Notes: a model not told the origin generated them from the letters alone. A DNA stretch of 64,000 bases from Mariprofundaceae bacterium (GCA_030950925.1 JAUZQO010000022.1:1851-65850); one strand, 5' to 3'; counted from the stretch's first letter, positions 46,989-58,413 are shown. Numbers and translations are program-made.

Positions 46989-48299
46989 ATGCGTATATGT
47001 CATGTTGGTCTCAATCATAAAACAGCACCTGTGGAGTTGCGCGAACGTCTTGCAGTTCCTGAAAAAGAGATTGCTGATATTTTGCAAATGAAAGTTACCC
47101 GTCCAAGTATCCGTGAGGCTGCCCTTCTTTCCACTTGTAACCGTGTGGAAATGACGGTGGTGACGCATGATCCTGATGCTGCGATTGCACTTGTACGTGA
47201 ATGGTTCGCTCGCAAATCGGGCATGGATATTGAGCAAGTTTCTCCCCATCTTTATGCTTATACCACGGATGACGCGGTACGTCATTTGTATGCAGTGGCA
47301 TCGGGCTTGGATTCGTTGGTATTGGGTGAGCCACAAATTTTCGGGCAGGTCAAAGCATCCTATGAACAAGCTTTGGCAGCGGGTACAGCGGGTCATATTT
47401 TGCACCGTTTGTATCAATCCACCTTTGCTGCAGCCAAACGCGCTCGTAGTGAAACCGCAATTGGTAAGCAGTCAGTTAATATATCATCGTGTGCAGTGGA
47501 ACTCGCCAAACGGATTTTTGATGATTTAACGGGTAAAACTGTGATGCTGATTGGTGCGGGTGAAATGGCTGAATTGGCAGCACGTCATTTGCGTGGCAAT
47601 GGTTGTAGTCATATTTTGGTTGCGAACCGTACTTTAGAAAGGGCTAAAAACCTTGCCATTGAGTTTGAAGGGCATGCCTTAACCCTAGAACAACTGCCTG
47701 ATTACTTGGATTCGGCTGATATTGTCATTTCCAGTACGGGTGCGAGTACCTATGTATTATTACCTGATACGGTGAGGCATGCCATGGAAAAACGTCGAGG
47801 TCGCCCGATGTTTTTGGTCGATATTGCTGTGCCTAGGGATATTGATCCTCGCATTGCTGATATTGATGGCGCTTATGTGTATGATATTGATGATTTACAG
47901 CAAGTCGTACAAGGCAACCGTGACAGCCGTGAAAAAGAATCCATGCAGGCACGTATCCTTTTGGCCGAAGAAGAAAAGAATTTTTTGCATTGGCTGAAAT
48001 CATTGGAAACCGTGCCATTGATTCGTAGCGTGCAACAACAAACAGAAGGCATGCGTCAAGAAGAATGGGGAAAGGCACAGCGTTATTTAAAATCTTTATC
48101 ACCTGAACAATCGGAAGCTGTAGAACGATTTAGTCGAGCGTTGATGAAACGTTTCTTACACCCAACCTTAAGAACGCTCAAAAGCATGCCCGATGATATG
48201 GAAGGGGATTTGCTTATGGGTGCAACACGAAAATTATTTGATTTGGAAATAAAAGCAATCAACGTAAAAAAGGATGCCAATGAACACAAGGCTGGATGA
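46989..48299 (+). CDS. hemA: Glutamyl-tRNA reductase
   Basis: MRICHVGLNHKTAPVELRE, the catalytic-Cys motif LSTCNRVE and the NADPH fold VMLIGAGEMAE. Confidence 0.95.
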   Translation: MRICHVGLNHKTAPVELRERLAVPEKEIADILQMKVTRPSIREAALLSTCNRVEMTVVTHDPDAAIALVREWFARKSGMDIEQVSPHLYAYTTDDAVRHLYAVASGLDSLVLGEPQIFGQVKASYEQALAAGTAGHILHRLYQSTFAAAKRARSETAIGKQSVNISSCAVELAKRIFDDLTGKTVMLIGAGEMAELAARHLRGNGCSHILVANRTLERAKNLAIEFEGHALTLEQLPDYLDSADIVISSTGASTYVLLPDTVRHAMEKRRGRPMFLVDIAVPRDIDPRIADIDGAYVYDIDDLQQVVQGNRDSREKESMQARILLAEEEKNFLHWLKSLETVPLIRSVQQQTEGMRQEEWGKAQRYLKSLSPEQSEAVERFSRALMKRFLHPTLRTLKSMPDDMEGDLLMGATRKLFDLEIKAINVKKDANEHKAG

Positions 48300-49353
48300 T
48301 ATTTTACATAAGTATGAAGATTTAAGCATCATGCTTGCAGACCCTGAGGTTACATCAAATCCCAAGCGTTATGCACAGATTTCACGTAATTTTTCTGAAA
48401 TCGAACCTGTTGCAGTTCAAGCCAAGCATTACAAGGATTTGGAACAGCAAGTACAAGATAACCAAGCATTACTTGCCGATATTGAATGTGATGCTGAACT
48501 CAAAGACATTGCAGAAGAAGAAAATCGTGAATTAAAACAAGCGATGTTGGATTGTGAAACTGAACTCACGCTTTTACTTTTGCCGAAAGATCCAAATGAT
48601 CATCGTAATGTGATTTTGGAAGTGCGTGCAGGCACAGGTGGTGATGAAGCTGCACTGTTTGCAGCAGATTTATTTCGTATGTACAGTCGATTTGCTGAAA
48701 TCAAAGGTTATAAAGTGAGTATTTTATCCAGTAATCCAACGGGGATTGGTGGTTATAAAGAAGTTGTGGCTCAAGTCACAGGGCAAGGTGTATTTTCAAC
48801 CTTTAAATTTGAATCAGGTACACATCGTGTACAGCGCGTTCCCACCACAGAATCAGGCGGACGTGTTCACACCTCCGCATGTACAGTGGCTATTCTTCCA
48901 GAAGCCGAAGAAGTGGACATCAATATTCGTACAGAAGATTTACGTATTGATGTGTATCGGGCATCGGGTGCAGGTGGACAGCATGTGAATAAAACGGAAT
49001 CGGCCGTGCGTTTAACACATTTACCCTCGGGTTTGGTGGTGACATGCCAAGATCAATCCAGTCAGCATAAAAATAAGGCACAAGCCATGAAAGTGTTGCA
49101 AGCTCGTTTGTTTGATCAAGAGCAACATGCAGTGGATTCCGAACGTGCGGAAACACGCAAAGGCATGGTGGGTTCGGGAGATCGTTCTGAACGTATTCGT
49201 ACCTATAACTATCCGCAAGGTCGTATCACGGATCACCGTATCAACCTTACCTTATATAAATTAGAACAAATTTTGGGTGGTGATATGAATGAATTGATTG
49301 AAGCCTTATTGACCCACCATCAAGCAGCCCTTCTTGCGGAACAGAATGGATGA
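48280..49353 (+). CDS. prfA: Peptide chain release factor 1
   Basis: GGQ motif (SGAGGQHVNKTESAVRLTH) and an RF1-type P-x-T tripeptide (RVQRVPTTES). ATG 48280 is preferred over 48274 on SD spacing (AAGGA). Confidence 0.95.
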   Translation: MNTRLDDILHKYEDLSIMLADPEVTSNPKRYAQISRNFSEIEPVAVQAKHYKDLEQQVQDNQALLADIECDAELKDIAEEENRELKQAMLDCETELTLLLLPKDPNDHRNVILEVRAGTGGDEAALFAADLFRMYSRFAEIKGYKVSILSSNPTGIGGYKEVVAQVTGQGVFSTFKFESGTHRVQRVPTTESGGRVHTSACTVAILPEAEEVDINIRTEDLRIDVYRASGAGGQHVNKTESAVRLTHLPSGLVVTCQDQSSQHKNKAQAMKVLQARLFDQEQHAVDSERAETRKGMVGSGDRSERIRTYNYPQGRITDHRINLTLYKLEQILGGDMNELIEALLTHHQAALLAEQNG

Positions 49354-50192
49354 TGGTTCGTCAAGCCCTGCATGAAGCGACTCAATATCTAAAACAAGCA
49401 AGGTGTGATAACCCACGTTTGGATGCAGAAGTTTTATTAATGAAAGCATGGGAAGCCACGCCAACACAACTGTTCATACGAGCTTTGGATGAGCTTCCCC
49501 AAAAGGTTCATGAAAATTTCCAAGATATGCTTGAACAACGTTATCAGCGTCAGCCCATTGCCTATATCACAGGTTGTAAAGAGTTTTGGTCGCGTGATTT
49601 TGAAGTCTCTCCTGATGTGTTGATTCCTCGTCCTGAAACAGAACATTTGATTGAAGAAGTCTTGAAGTGTTACCCCGATCAAGATGCAGCTTATGATTTT
49701 TCAGAAATTGGTACGGGTTCAGGTTGTATTGCCATCACATTAGCCTGTGAATACCCCCATGCTAAAATTTTAGCAACGGATATATCTGAAAAAGCATTGG
49801 ATATAGCTCGAAAAAATGCAGCAAAACATGGTGTTTTAAAACGTATTCATTTTAGACAAGGTGACCTGTATCAAGCCTTCCCTAATGACCTCTCTCCTTT
49901 GGATATACTGTTATCCAATCCGCCTTACTTATCCTTGCAACATATGGACGATATTGAGCAAGAGTTGCGCTATGAACCGAGGATTGCTCTCACAGATCAA
50001 CAGGATGGCTTGAGTTTGATGCGTCAAATTCTTTCGGGTGCCTGCCGCTGGCTAAAGCCTCATGGTTATTGCTTGGTTGAAACTGGGCTAGGTGGTTTGC
50101 CAGAAACCCACAAGCCTCTTGTTTTGGATCATCCATACTATGATTTGGCAGGTATATTGCGGGGTGGGCTGTATCATCATAAAGCTTTGTGA
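49350..50192 (+). CDS. prmC: Release factor glutamine N5-methyltransferase
   Basis: SAM motif EIGTGSGCIA and catalytic LLSNPPY. The start overlaps the prfA stop. Confidence 0.9.
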   Translation: MMVRQALHEATQYLKQARCDNPRLDAEVLLMKAWEATPTQLFIRALDELPQKVHENFQDMLEQRYQRQPIAYITGCKEFWSRDFEVSPDVLIPRPETEHLIEEVLKCYPDQDAAYDFSEIGTGSGCIAITLACEYPHAKILATDISEKALDIARKNAAKHGVLKRIHFRQGDLYQAFPNDLSPLDILLSNPPYLSLQHMDDIEQELRYEPRIALTDQQDGLSLMRQILSGACRWLKPHGYCLVETGLGGLPETHKPLVLDHPYYDLAGILRGGLYHHKAL

Positions 50193-50312
50193 GAAGTCTT
50201 ATGAAAAAATATGGTGGTGGAAAAGTATCAAAGGCTTGGGTATTTCAATGCAGTCAGTGTCATATCAATGCCAAAAGAGTGTAAATAATATGTTAGTTAC
50301 GGTGAAGACTAT

Positions 50313-51470
50313 ATGAATTTTTTAAGAAAACTTGTCCAGCAAGAATCTTTTGCAGGCATTTTATTGATTTTTGTCACTATTCTTGCGCTAATTTTACAAA
50401 ATAGTGCCTTGTCTGATATATATACAGGATTTTTGCGTACCCATGTCGAAATACGCTTTGGCGACTTACAAATTGCCAAGCCTCTTTTGTTATGGGTGAA
50501 CGATGGCTTGATGGCAGTGTTCTTTTTCCTCATTGGTTTGGAAGTGAAAAGAGAGGTTATGGAAGGTCATTTATCTTCGATGAAACAGATTGCCTTGCCG
50601 GGTGTCGCTGCTATAGGTGGTATGGCAGTGCCAGCCTTGGTGTTTATTGCTTTTAATCACGGTGATGCCTTTGCCATGAAAGGCTGGGCAATACCCACTG
50701 CCACGGATATTGCGTTTGCGTTGGGCGTTTTATCGTTACTTGGTAAGCGTGTACCCGTGTCCTTGAAAATATTCTTAATGGCATTGGCAATTATTGATGA
50801 TTTGGGCGCGATCATTGTGATTGCATTGTTTTATACCAGTGAATTATCCACGTTATCGGTGGTCATTGCATCCATTTCGGTGTTTGTCTTATGGATGATG
50901 AATCGGCTGCATGTGATAAAGAAATCAGCCTATATTTTAGTCGGCATTATTCTTTGGGTTAGTGTGTTAAAATCAGGCGTTCATGCCACGCTCGCAGGTG
51001 TTGTACTTGCCTTTATGATTCCTCTAAATTCAGTGGGTATGGATGGTAAAAAGTTTTCAATGAGCCAAGAGATGGAGTATGATTTACACACTTGGGTGAC
51101 GTTTATGATTTTACCGCTGTTTGCTTTTGTGAATGCAGGTGTTGATTTAAGAGGTATCTCTGTAGACGCGATGTTGAGCCCTGTACCATTGGGCATCATG
51201 TTTGGATTATTTCTAGGCAAGCAAGCAGGCGTGCTAGGGTTTAGTTGGTTGGCCATCAAAATGGGTGTGGCAAGCTTGCCTGAGGCTTGTAACTGGAAGC
51301 AACTGTATGGGGTATCTGTGCTCACTGGTATTGGCTTTACAATGAGTTTATTTGTGGACTCCTTGGCATACAATGATACTCAAATCTATCAATACACGGA
51401 TAAACTTGCCATTTTATTGGGCTCACTTTTATCAGGTGTGATGGGTTACTTTTTGCTTAGAAAAAGCTAG
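50313..51470 (+). CDS. nhaA: Na+/H+ antiporter NhaA
   Basis: 385 aa, about 12 TM. WVNDGLMAVFFFLIGLEVKRE and the paired-Asp motif LAIIDDLGAIIVIALFYT. Confidence 0.9.
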   Translation: MNFLRKLVQQESFAGILLIFVTILALILQNSALSDIYTGFLRTHVEIRFGDLQIAKPLLLWVNDGLMAVFFFLIGLEVKREVMEGHLSSMKQIALPGVAAIGGMAVPALVFIAFNHGDAFAMKGWAIPTATDIAFALGVLSLLGKRVPVSLKIFLMALAIIDDLGAIIVIALFYTSELSTLSVVIASISVFVLWMMNRLHVIKKSAYILVGIILWVSVLKSGVHATLAGVVLAFMIPLNSVGMDGKKFSMSQEMEYDLHTWVTFMILPLFAFVNAGVDLRGISVDAMLSPVPLGIMFGLFLGKQAGVLGFSWLAIKMGVASLPEACNWKQLYGVSVLTGIGFTMSLFVDSLAYNDTQIYQYTDKLAILLGSLLSGVMGYFLLRKS

Positions 51471-51932
51471 TATTCTATTGGACTTAACGCAATCTACTAT
51501 GAAAAAGGGGATATTGCCTGTTTTTCACCTGGCTATTTCAATTTTCAGCTCACGAAGTTAGAAAGGGAAAGATCAAGTTTGACGAAATAGCTAGGTTTTT
51601 TGAAATTCCTTGCAGGCTTGTAACACCAGAAAAATATACTCGCCAAGTTGTGCCTTCCTTTGTAGACCTTACGTGGATCTGATAAATTAGAAAAACAATC
51701 TAAAACTGTTGGTTTGGATCATGAAGTAGTCATACATGTGAATGTGTATGAATCGAATGAAAACTCGAATTCTCATGTGATTGCTCAGGGGCATTATAAG
51801 ATGTATGTTGATTTTCATTTGGACATTGACATAGTTCCGCACCGCATCGCTGGCTCGATGTGAATTTGTACGGTAATATGAATCATTTTTATATGCTTGT
51901 GCAGTCGTTTTTTTTGATTTTTTAATCATTAT

Positions 51933-52016
<84 letters not shown>

Positions 52017-52101
52017 CTTACTAATTATTTATTAAAAATAAAATTTGGAGTTGGCTTGATGGTAGATCGGTCAGCTCCTTGTCTTTGATGGAGTTTATCC
52101 C

Positions 52102-53457
52102 ATGATTCAAACAAACGTAAAACAACTAAGTGACCATGAACATCAAGTGCATGTTACCTTACCACAGTCTGAATATGACCGTGTTTATGCTGAGCAAACT
52201 TCAAAATTAAGTGCGCAAGCAAAACTACCTGGTTTTCGTCCTGGAAAAACACCCAAGGCTGTGATTCAAAAACAATTTGGTGTAAAAATTCATGAAGATA
52301 CGGTATCCGAATTGCTACAAGCCAATTACGTCGGTGCGATTGAATCTTCGGGTTTGGTTCCTGCGGTACAACCCGAATTAACACTTCCATCTGTTCAGCC
52401 TGATGGGGAATTTAATTTTACATTGAATGTTGTCACTTGGCCTAAAGTTGAATTGTCATCATTGATAGATATGACACTTAAAATCACCAAAGTGAGTGTT
52501 GAGGATGATGATATCAAAGCAGTGGTTCAACGCTTGATGACATCACAAGTTAAATATGAAATTGAAGATCAACGCACTGCTGAAAATGGTGACCAAGTGA
52601 CCATGGATTTTGTGGGTTTTGTGGGTGATGAAGCTTTTGATGGCGGTGATGGTGAAGATCACGCTTTAGTTTTGGGTTCAGGACAATTCATTCCTGGTTT
52701 TGAAGATCAATTGATTGGACATCAAGCGGGTGACCATGTTGTGGTCGCAGTCACATTCCCCGACCCTTATCAAGCTGAGCATTTGGCAGGTAAGCAAGCA
52801 CGTTTTGAAACGGATATTAAATCTGTAGCGAAATCTGTTTCGCCTGAAAATGAAGATACTTTGGCAACCATGTTGAATTTTGATGATGCAGAAGCCTTGC
52901 GTGAAGATGCACTCCAACGTTTGTCCTTGGAGGCTGAACAAGCATCTTATCAAAGTTCTCACGATGCTGTTTTGGAAGCCTTGTTGGAAGCAAACCTTAT
53001 GACATTACCCACTCGCTTGGTCGATGAAGAAATGAAATCAACCATTCAACGCATCACACAAAACATGAAGCAGCAAGGTGTGGACATGACCGATGACATG
53101 TTGACCGATGGCATGTTGACCGATGAAGCTTTTCGTTCTGAAGTGCGTGAGCGTTCAGAACGCAACCTTAAGTCATCTATTTTGATTCAAACGGTGCGCG
53201 AACAGGCTCAAATTGAATTGGATGAAGCTAAGGTGGACGCAGAACTTGAAGAACTGTCCAAGCAATATCCTGCGGATCAGCATGATGCATTTGTGAGCTG
53301 GATGAAGAGCCAAGATGCTGAAATGGCAGGTTTGCGTGATCGCTTGTTGGAAAAAGAATGTGTTTCTTATGTCTTACAAACAAGCAAAGTCGAAGAAAGT
53401 GGCAAAGCTTTGTCTGTTTGGCAGCAAGAGCAAGATGGTCAAAAAGAAACTTCATGA
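52102..53457 (+). CDS. tig: Trigger factor
   Basis: 451 aa. N-terminal ribosome-binding signature LPGFRPGKTPKAVIQKQFG, a central FKBP-type PPIase (DFVGFVGDEAFDGG...FIPGFEDQLIG), and position upstream of clpP-clpX. Confidence 0.95.
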   Translation: MIQTNVKQLSDHEHQVHVTLPQSEYDRVYAEQTSKLSAQAKLPGFRPGKTPKAVIQKQFGVKIHEDTVSELLQANYVGAIESSGLVPAVQPELTLPSVQPDGEFNFTLNVVTWPKVELSSLIDMTLKITKVSVEDDDIKAVVQRLMTSQVKYEIEDQRTAENGDQVTMDFVGFVGDEAFDGGDGEDHALVLGSGQFIPGFEDQLIGHQAGDHVVVAVTFPDPYQAEHLAGKQARFETDIKSVAKSVSPENEDTLATMLNFDDAEALREDALQRLSLEAEQASYQSSHDAVLEALLEANLMTLPTRLVDEEMKSTIQRITQNMKQQGVDMTDDMLTDGMLTDEAFRSEVRERSERNLKSSILIQTVREQAQIELDEAKVDAELEELSKQYPADQHDAFVSWMKSQDAEMAGLRDRLLEKECVSYVLQTSKVEESGKALSVWQQEQDGQKETS

Positions 53458-53491
53458 TAAAAATAAAAGCTTGTATAGGTAAGGAGCAGTG

Positions 53492-54091
53492 ATGAATTTA
53501 GTACCCATGGTTGTAGAAAGAACGTCACGTGGTGAACGTTCGTATGATATTTTTTCACGCCTACTGAAAGAGCGTATTATTTTTCTTAGTGGTCAAGTAG
53601 ATGACCACATGGCAAATTTAATCACCGCGCAGTTGTTGTTCTTAGAGGCCGAAGGCCCTGATAAAGATATTTATATGTATATCAACAGCCCTGGTGGTGT
53701 GGTGACTTCAGGTATGGCAATCTATGATACCATGCAGTACATTCGTTGTGATGTCTCAACACTATGTGTGGGGCAAGCCGCGAGTATGGGGGCTCACCTT
53801 TTGGCATCGGGCGCACCAGGGAAGCGTTATGCTCTACCCAATGCTCGGGTGATGATTCATCAACCTCTGGGTGGTTTTCAAGGTCAAGCAACCGATATTG
53901 AGATTCATGCGCGTGAGATTATCAAATTGAAAGAACACATGAATGCAATGATGGCAAAACATACAGGCCAACCCTTGGATAAGGTCAGTGATGATGTTGA
54001 GCGTGATTATTTTTTAACGGCACAAGAAGCATGTGATTATGGTTTGATTGATAAAGTTTTGACTTCTCGTGAAGAAGTAAAAGAAAGTTAA
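53492..54091 (+). CDS. clpP: ATP-dependent Clp protease proteolytic subunit
   Basis: [18 protein letters not shown], catalytic Ser in GQAASMGA and His in [11 protein letters not shown] 53492 lies 5 nt after AAGGAG. Confidence 0.95.
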   Translation: MNLVPMVVERTSRGERSYDIFSRLLKERIIFLSGQVDDHMANLITAQLLFLEAEGPDKDIYMYINSPGGVVTSGMAIYDTMQYIRCDVSTLCVGQAASMGAHLLASGAPGKRYALPNARVMIHQPLGGFQGQATDIEIHAREIIKLKEHMNAMMAKHTGQPLDKVSDDVERDYFLTAQEACDYGLIDKVLTSREEVKES

Positions 54092-54129
54092 GTGTGTAAA
54101 TGCTGCATCGTGCAGGTTGGAGATGAACT

Positions 54130-55383
54130 ATGACAACAGAAAATAATGGTGATTCCACGCTTTTTTGCTCCTTTTGTGGAAAAAGTCAGCATGATGTTAA
54201 AAAGCTTATTGCAGGTCCAACGGTCTTTATCTGTGATGAATGCATTGAATTGTGTAATGATATTATGGTTGAAGAGTTGGCTGTTGCTGGTGCTAATTTG
54301 GAAAAAAAATCAACCAGTTTACCAAAGCCTGCTGAAATTAAAGGTTTCTTAGATGATTATGTGATTGGTCAAGATCCTGCAAAACGTATGCTTGCGGTGG
54401 CTGTATATAATCATTACAAGAGAATTCAGCATAACGACAAGAATGATGTTGAGATTGCCAAAAGTAATGTCTTACTCTTGGGTCCCACAGGGAGTGGTAA
54501 AACATTATTGGCGCAAAGTTTGGCGCGTATTTTTGATGTACCTTTCGTCATGGCAGATGCCACCACATTAACGGAAGCAGGTTATGTGGGTGAGGATGTT
54601 GAAAATATTATCCTCAAATTGTTGCAAGCTTCCAATCATGATGTGGAACGCGCTCAGCATGGTATTATTTATATTGATGAAATTGATAAATTATCCCGTA
54701 AAGCGGATTCACCTTCGATTACCCGTGATGTGTCAGGGGAGGGTGTACAGCAAGCGTTGTTGAAGTTGATTGAAGGTACGGTGGCGAATGTACCGCCACA
54801 GGGTGGTCGTAAAAACCCTCAGCAAGAATTTATTGCCGTTGATACCACCAATATATTGTTTATTTTGGGTGGTGCTTTTGCAGGGCTTGAAAAACTTATT
54901 GAATCGCGTGGTAAACAACGTTCGATTGGTTTTGGTGCAAATGTTGTCGCAGAAGATGAGCAAGATGTCGGTGAACTATTGACCCAAGTTGAACCCGAAG
55001 ATTTGATTAAATTTGGTCTCATTCCTGAGCTGGTGGGTCGATTGCCAGCGGTTGCAACCTTGAGCCTCTTGGATAAAAAAGCTTTGTTGCAAATTCTTAC
55101 AGAGCCAAAAAATGCTTTGGTAAAGCAATATCAGGCTCTTTTATCGTATGATCACGTGGACTTATCGTTTACAGATGATGCTTTGGATGCGATTGCAGAG
55201 CAGGCAATGAAACGTAAAACAGGCGCGCGTGGTCTGCGTGCTATTATGGAAAATACGATGTTGGATGTGATGTATGATATTCCAACGATGGGTAATGTTG
55301 AAAAGTGTGTTATCAATGGGAAGGTTATTGAAGCGCATGAAAAACCTGTGTTGATGTTTAAATCGGATGAAGCTGCCGCATAA
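54130..55383 (+). CDS. clpX: ATP-dependent Clp protease ATP-binding subunit ClpX
   Basis: Zinc finger [30 protein letters not shown], Walker [12 protein letters not shown] and Walker [10 protein letters not shown]. Confidence 0.95.
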   Translation: MTTENNGDSTLFCSFCGKSQHDVKKLIAGPTVFICDECIELCNDIMVEELAVAGANLEKKSTSLPKPAEIKGFLDDYVIGQDPAKRMLAVAVYNHYKRIQHNDKNDVEIAKSNVLLLGPTGSGKTLLAQSLARIFDVPFVMADATTLTEAGYVGEDVENIILKLLQASNHDVERAQHGIIYIDEIDKLSRKADSPSITRDVSGEGVQQALLKLIEGTVANVPPQGGRKNPQQEFIAVDTTNILFILGGAFAGLEKLIESRGKQRSIGFGANVVAEDEQDVGELLTQVEPEDLIKFGLIPELVGRLPAVATLSLLDKKALLQILTEPKNALVKQYQALLSYDHVDLSFTDDALDAIAEQAMKRKTGARGLRAIMENTMLDVMYDIPTMGNVEKCVINGKVIEAHEKPVLMFKSDEAAA

Positions 55384-55598
55384 GATTGTGAAGCCTGTCG
55401 AATCTTGTTGACGGATCTGAAAGGTAAGCTAAATAACGGCTCCACTGTATTGTGACTCCACTGATCTTGAATCAGTAAATTCGCTATTTTTTTATGCAAG
55501 GGTTACAGTGGATTTAAAGTGAATATCTATCCTTTATTCAGTTTTTGAGTTAATCAGCCTAAGTCTTGATAGGCACCCAGAGAAGTGTATTGAATCAT

Positions 55599-55627
55599 CT
55601 TGAAAAACCTGAATAAATTGGATATGT
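55599..55627 (+). promoter_or_regulatory. Possible sigma-32 (heat-shock) type promoter upstream of lon
   Basis: CTTGAAA (55599-55605), a 14-nt spacer, then GGATATGT (55620-55627). The -35 element matches the sigma-32 consensus CTTGAAA, but the -10 element matches CCCCATNT poorly. Confidence 0.25.
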
Positions 55628-55642
55628 GGTAAGGAGAGTGTT

Positions 55643-58075
55643 TTGGCTGAATGGGTAAATGAAAGCGGTGATGATGTGGAAAATATGAAGTCAGGTCGGC
55701 TTCCTGTTTTACCATTGCGTGATATTATTGTCTTTCCACATATGATTGTCCCTTTGTTTGTTGGGCGTGAAAAAAGTGTCCATGCGCTTGATGAAGTCAT
55801 GCAATCAGGGAAACAAATTGTTCTTTTGGCACAAAAAGATGCGGATAAAGATGACCCAAGCACCGATGATTTACATCAAGTGGGTACACTGGGTAATATA
55901 TTACAAATGCTCAAGCTTCCCGATGGTACCATTAAGGTACTTGTTGAGGGTGGTCCGCGTGTCGCTATTTTAAGTATGCAAGATAATCAGCAGGTGATTC
56001 ATGCAGATTATGAATACCTTGCAGAAAAAGCAGAAGATTTGCGAGAATGTGAAGCCGTGGCGAAAACGGTGGAGCAACAGTTTGATGCATATGTGAAATT
56101 AAATAAAAAGACACCGCCAGAGGTGTTGGTATCAATTGCTGCGGTTGAAGAAAACGATAAATTGGCAGATACCATTGCATCGCATCTGAATTTAAAGCTT
56201 GAAGAAAAACAGGCTTTGTTAGAAACAGCGAGCGTGATTGAACGTCTTGAGCTTTTGTATGCACATATGGAAGCGGAGATGGAAATTTTGCAAGTGGATA
56301 AGCGTATCCGTACACGTGTGAAGCGGCAGATGGAAAAATCACAGCGTGAATACTATTTGTCTGAACAAATGAAGGCGATTCAAAAAGAGCTGGGTGATGA
56401 TGAAGCACAAAGTGATTTGGATGCTTTGGCCGAGAAAATCGAAAGTTTGGGTTTATCACCTGAAGCACAAGAAAAAGCCCGATCTGAATTAAAACGCTTG
56501 AAAATGATGCCGCCGATGAGTGCTGAGGGCACGGTGGTGCGAAATTATTTGGACTGTTTGCTGGAGCTTCCTTGGAAAAAACGAACACGTGTTCGCAAGG
56601 ATTTGGATGCTGCGGAAAGTATTTTGAATGAAGATCACTTTGGTTTGGAAAAAGTGAAAGAACGCATTTTGGAACATCTGGCAGTGCTGCAACGTGTTCG
56701 TAAGATGAAAGGTTCAATTCTTTGTTTGGTTGGACCTCCAGGTGTAGGCAAAACATCGTTGGGAAAATCTATTGCCCGTGCCACAGGGCGTAAGTTTGTT
56801 CGCATGAGTTTGGGTGGGATGCGTGATGAAGCTGAAATCCGTGGGCATCGTCGGACTTATATTGGCTCCATGCCAGGTAAAGTGATTCAATCTATGAAAA
56901 AATCTGGGGTAAAAAACCCGCTGATTTTATTGGATGAAATTGATAAATTGGGCGCTGATTTTAGAGGTGATCCATCATCGGCTTTGCTTGAAGTTTTGGA
57001 TCCTGAGCAAAATAACACCTTTGCTGACCATTATCTTGAAGTCGATTATGATTTGTCTGAAGTGATGTTTATTACCACTGCCAACAGTTTGAATATTTCA
57101 GGACCATTGTTGGATCGGATGGAAGTGATTCGTTTGTCGGGTTATACGGAAGCGGAAAAGTTGGCGATTGCCAAACGTTATTTGGTTCCCAAGCAGATGA
57201 AAAATCATGGTCTTAAAACATCAGAAGTGAAAATAGATGATAAAGCACTGCTGGAGGTGATTCGTTATTATACACGTGAAGCCGGTGTGCGTGGATTGGA
57301 TCGTGTACTGGCAAAAATATGTCGTAAAATTACACGTGTCATCCTGCAAGATGCAGCAACGGATGCTGTCGTTATCAAGAAAATTGACCTCGAATTTTAT
57401 TTGGGCGTGCAACAATATCACTTTGGTATGGGTGAATTGGCATCGCAAATTGGTGTGGTGACTGGACTAGCATGGACTGAAGTGGGTGGTGAACTATTAC
57501 AGATTGAAACAGCTCTTATGCCAGGTAAGGGTAAATTAACGGTGACAGGTCAACTGGGGGATGTGATGCAAGAATCCATTCAGGCGGCTTTTACCTATGT
57601 GCGCTCGCGGGCTGCAAGTTTGGGGCTTAAGCCTGATTTTCATCAGAAAGTAGATATTCATGTCCATGTGCCAGAAGGTGCAATACCCAAGGATGGTCCA
57701 TCTGCTGGATTGGCGATGGCCACTTCGATTGCTTCTGCCTTAACAGGTATTACAGTGAAAAAAGAAGTGTGTATGACAGGTGAAATTACCTTACGTGGTA
57801 AGGCTTTGCCGATTGGTGGCTTGAAAGAAAAATTATTGGCGGCACATCGTGGCGGTTTGACAGAAATTATCATTCCAAAACAAAACCGTAAGGATTTGAA
57901 AGAGATTCCTGATAATATTTTATCCGCTTTCAAAATTTATACGGTATCGGATATGGATGAAGTCTTAAAGCATGCCTTGACGCATGTTCCTGTGGGCATG
58001 AGTATACCGACCGATTTTATACGTGATTCCATTGTTGATATATACTTGGATAAGGGTTCAGTATCGGCTCATTAA
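55643..58075 (+). CDS. lon: Lon protease (LonA)
   Basis: [26 protein letters not shown], Walker [10 protein letters not shown] and catalytic PKDGPSAG...K. The start is ambiguous: TTG 55643 lies 4-5 nt after AAGGAGAG, or ATG 55685 ([13 protein letters not shown]). Confidence 0.95.
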   Translation: MAEWVNESGDDVENMKSGRLPVLPLRDIIVFPHMIVPLFVGREKSVHALDEVMQSGKQIVLLAQKDADKDDPSTDDLHQVGTLGNILQMLKLPDGTIKVLVEGGPRVAILSMQDNQQVIHADYEYLAEKAEDLRECEAVAKTVEQQFDAYVKLNKKTPPEVLVSIAAVEENDKLADTIASHLNLKLEEKQALLETASVIERLELLYAHMEAEMEILQVDKRIRTRVKRQMEKSQREYYLSEQMKAIQKELGDDEAQSDLDALAEKIESLGLSPEAQEKARSELKRLKMMPPMSAEGTVVRNYLDCLLELPWKKRTRVRKDLDAAESILNEDHFGLEKVKERILEHLAVLQRVRKMKGSILCLVGPPGVGKTSLGKSIARATGRKFVRMSLGGMRDEAEIRGHRRTYIGSMPGKVIQSMKKSGVKNPLILLDEIDKLGADFRGDPSSALLEVLDPEQNNTFADHYLEVDYDLSEVMFITTANSLNISGPLLDRMEVIRLSGYTEAEKLAIAKRYLVPKQMKNHGLKTSEVKIDDKALLEVIRYYTREAGVRGLDRVLAKICRKITRVILQDAATDAVVIKKIDLEFYLGVQQYHFGMGELASQIGVVTGLAWTEVGGELLQIETALMPGKGKLTVTGQLGDVMQESIQAAFTYVRSRAASLGLKPDFHQKVDIHVHVPEGAIPKDGPSAGLAMATSIASALTGITVKKEVCMTGEITLRGKALPIGGLKEKLLAAHRGGLTEIIIPKQNRKDLKEIPDNILSAFKIYTVSDMDEVLKHALTHVPVGMSIPTDFIRDSIVDIYLDKGSVSAH

Positions 58076-58140
58076 GTTGGGCGAAGTTTTAATGTTATGA
58101 TACATATGGAGCAAGCTTCATATGATTTTTGGAGGATAGG

Positions 58141-58413
58141 TTGAATAAAGCAGATTTGATTAACCATGTCGCAGCAAATGCAGAGTTAAGTAAAGCGGAT
58201 GCAACTGGCGCTGTTGAAGCGGTGTTGGATGGTATCACAAGCGCATTGAAAAATGATGATACTGTCAGTCTTGTAGGTTTTGGAACATTCTCAGTTGCAG
58301 AGCGTGCTGCACGTACTGCACGTAATCCTCGTACGGGTGAACCGATTGAAGTGGCTGCTTCTAAAGCACCCAAGTTTAAAGCTGGTAAAGCACTAAAAGA
58401 TGCGGTGAAATAA
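58141..58413 (+). CDS. hupB: DNA-binding protein HU
   Basis: (M)NKADLINHVAANAELSKADATGAVEAVLDGITSALKNDDTVSLVGFGTFSVAERAARTARNPRTGEPIEV. A TTG start at 58141 after GGAGGA gives the canonical 90-aa HU. Confidence 0.9.
   Translation: MNKADLINHVAANAELSKADATGAVEAVLDGITSALKNDDTVSLVGFGTFSVAERAARTARNPRTGEPIEVAASKAPKFKAGKALKDAVK

Noticed and set aside
50201-50284. 27-codon ORF MKKYGGGKVSKAWVFQCSQCHINAKRV between prmC and nhaA
   Set aside because: It has only a weak SD (GAGAAG), is very short, and has a single CxxC. It cannot be supported without conservation or ribosome-profiling data.
51687-51929. 80-aa minus-strand ORF upstream of tRNA-Leu
   Set aside because: It is AT-rich and low-complexity (I/H/M/N-rich), has no RBS, and ends against the tRNA promoter region.
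55965-56756. 263-aa minus-strand ORF inside lon
   Set aside because: It is antisense to an unambiguous Lon coding region and has no motifs. The same reasoning applies to 7096-7674 (in ilvD), 11429-12007 (in the MCP), 16183-16767, 43673-44708 and the other embedded ORFs in the track.
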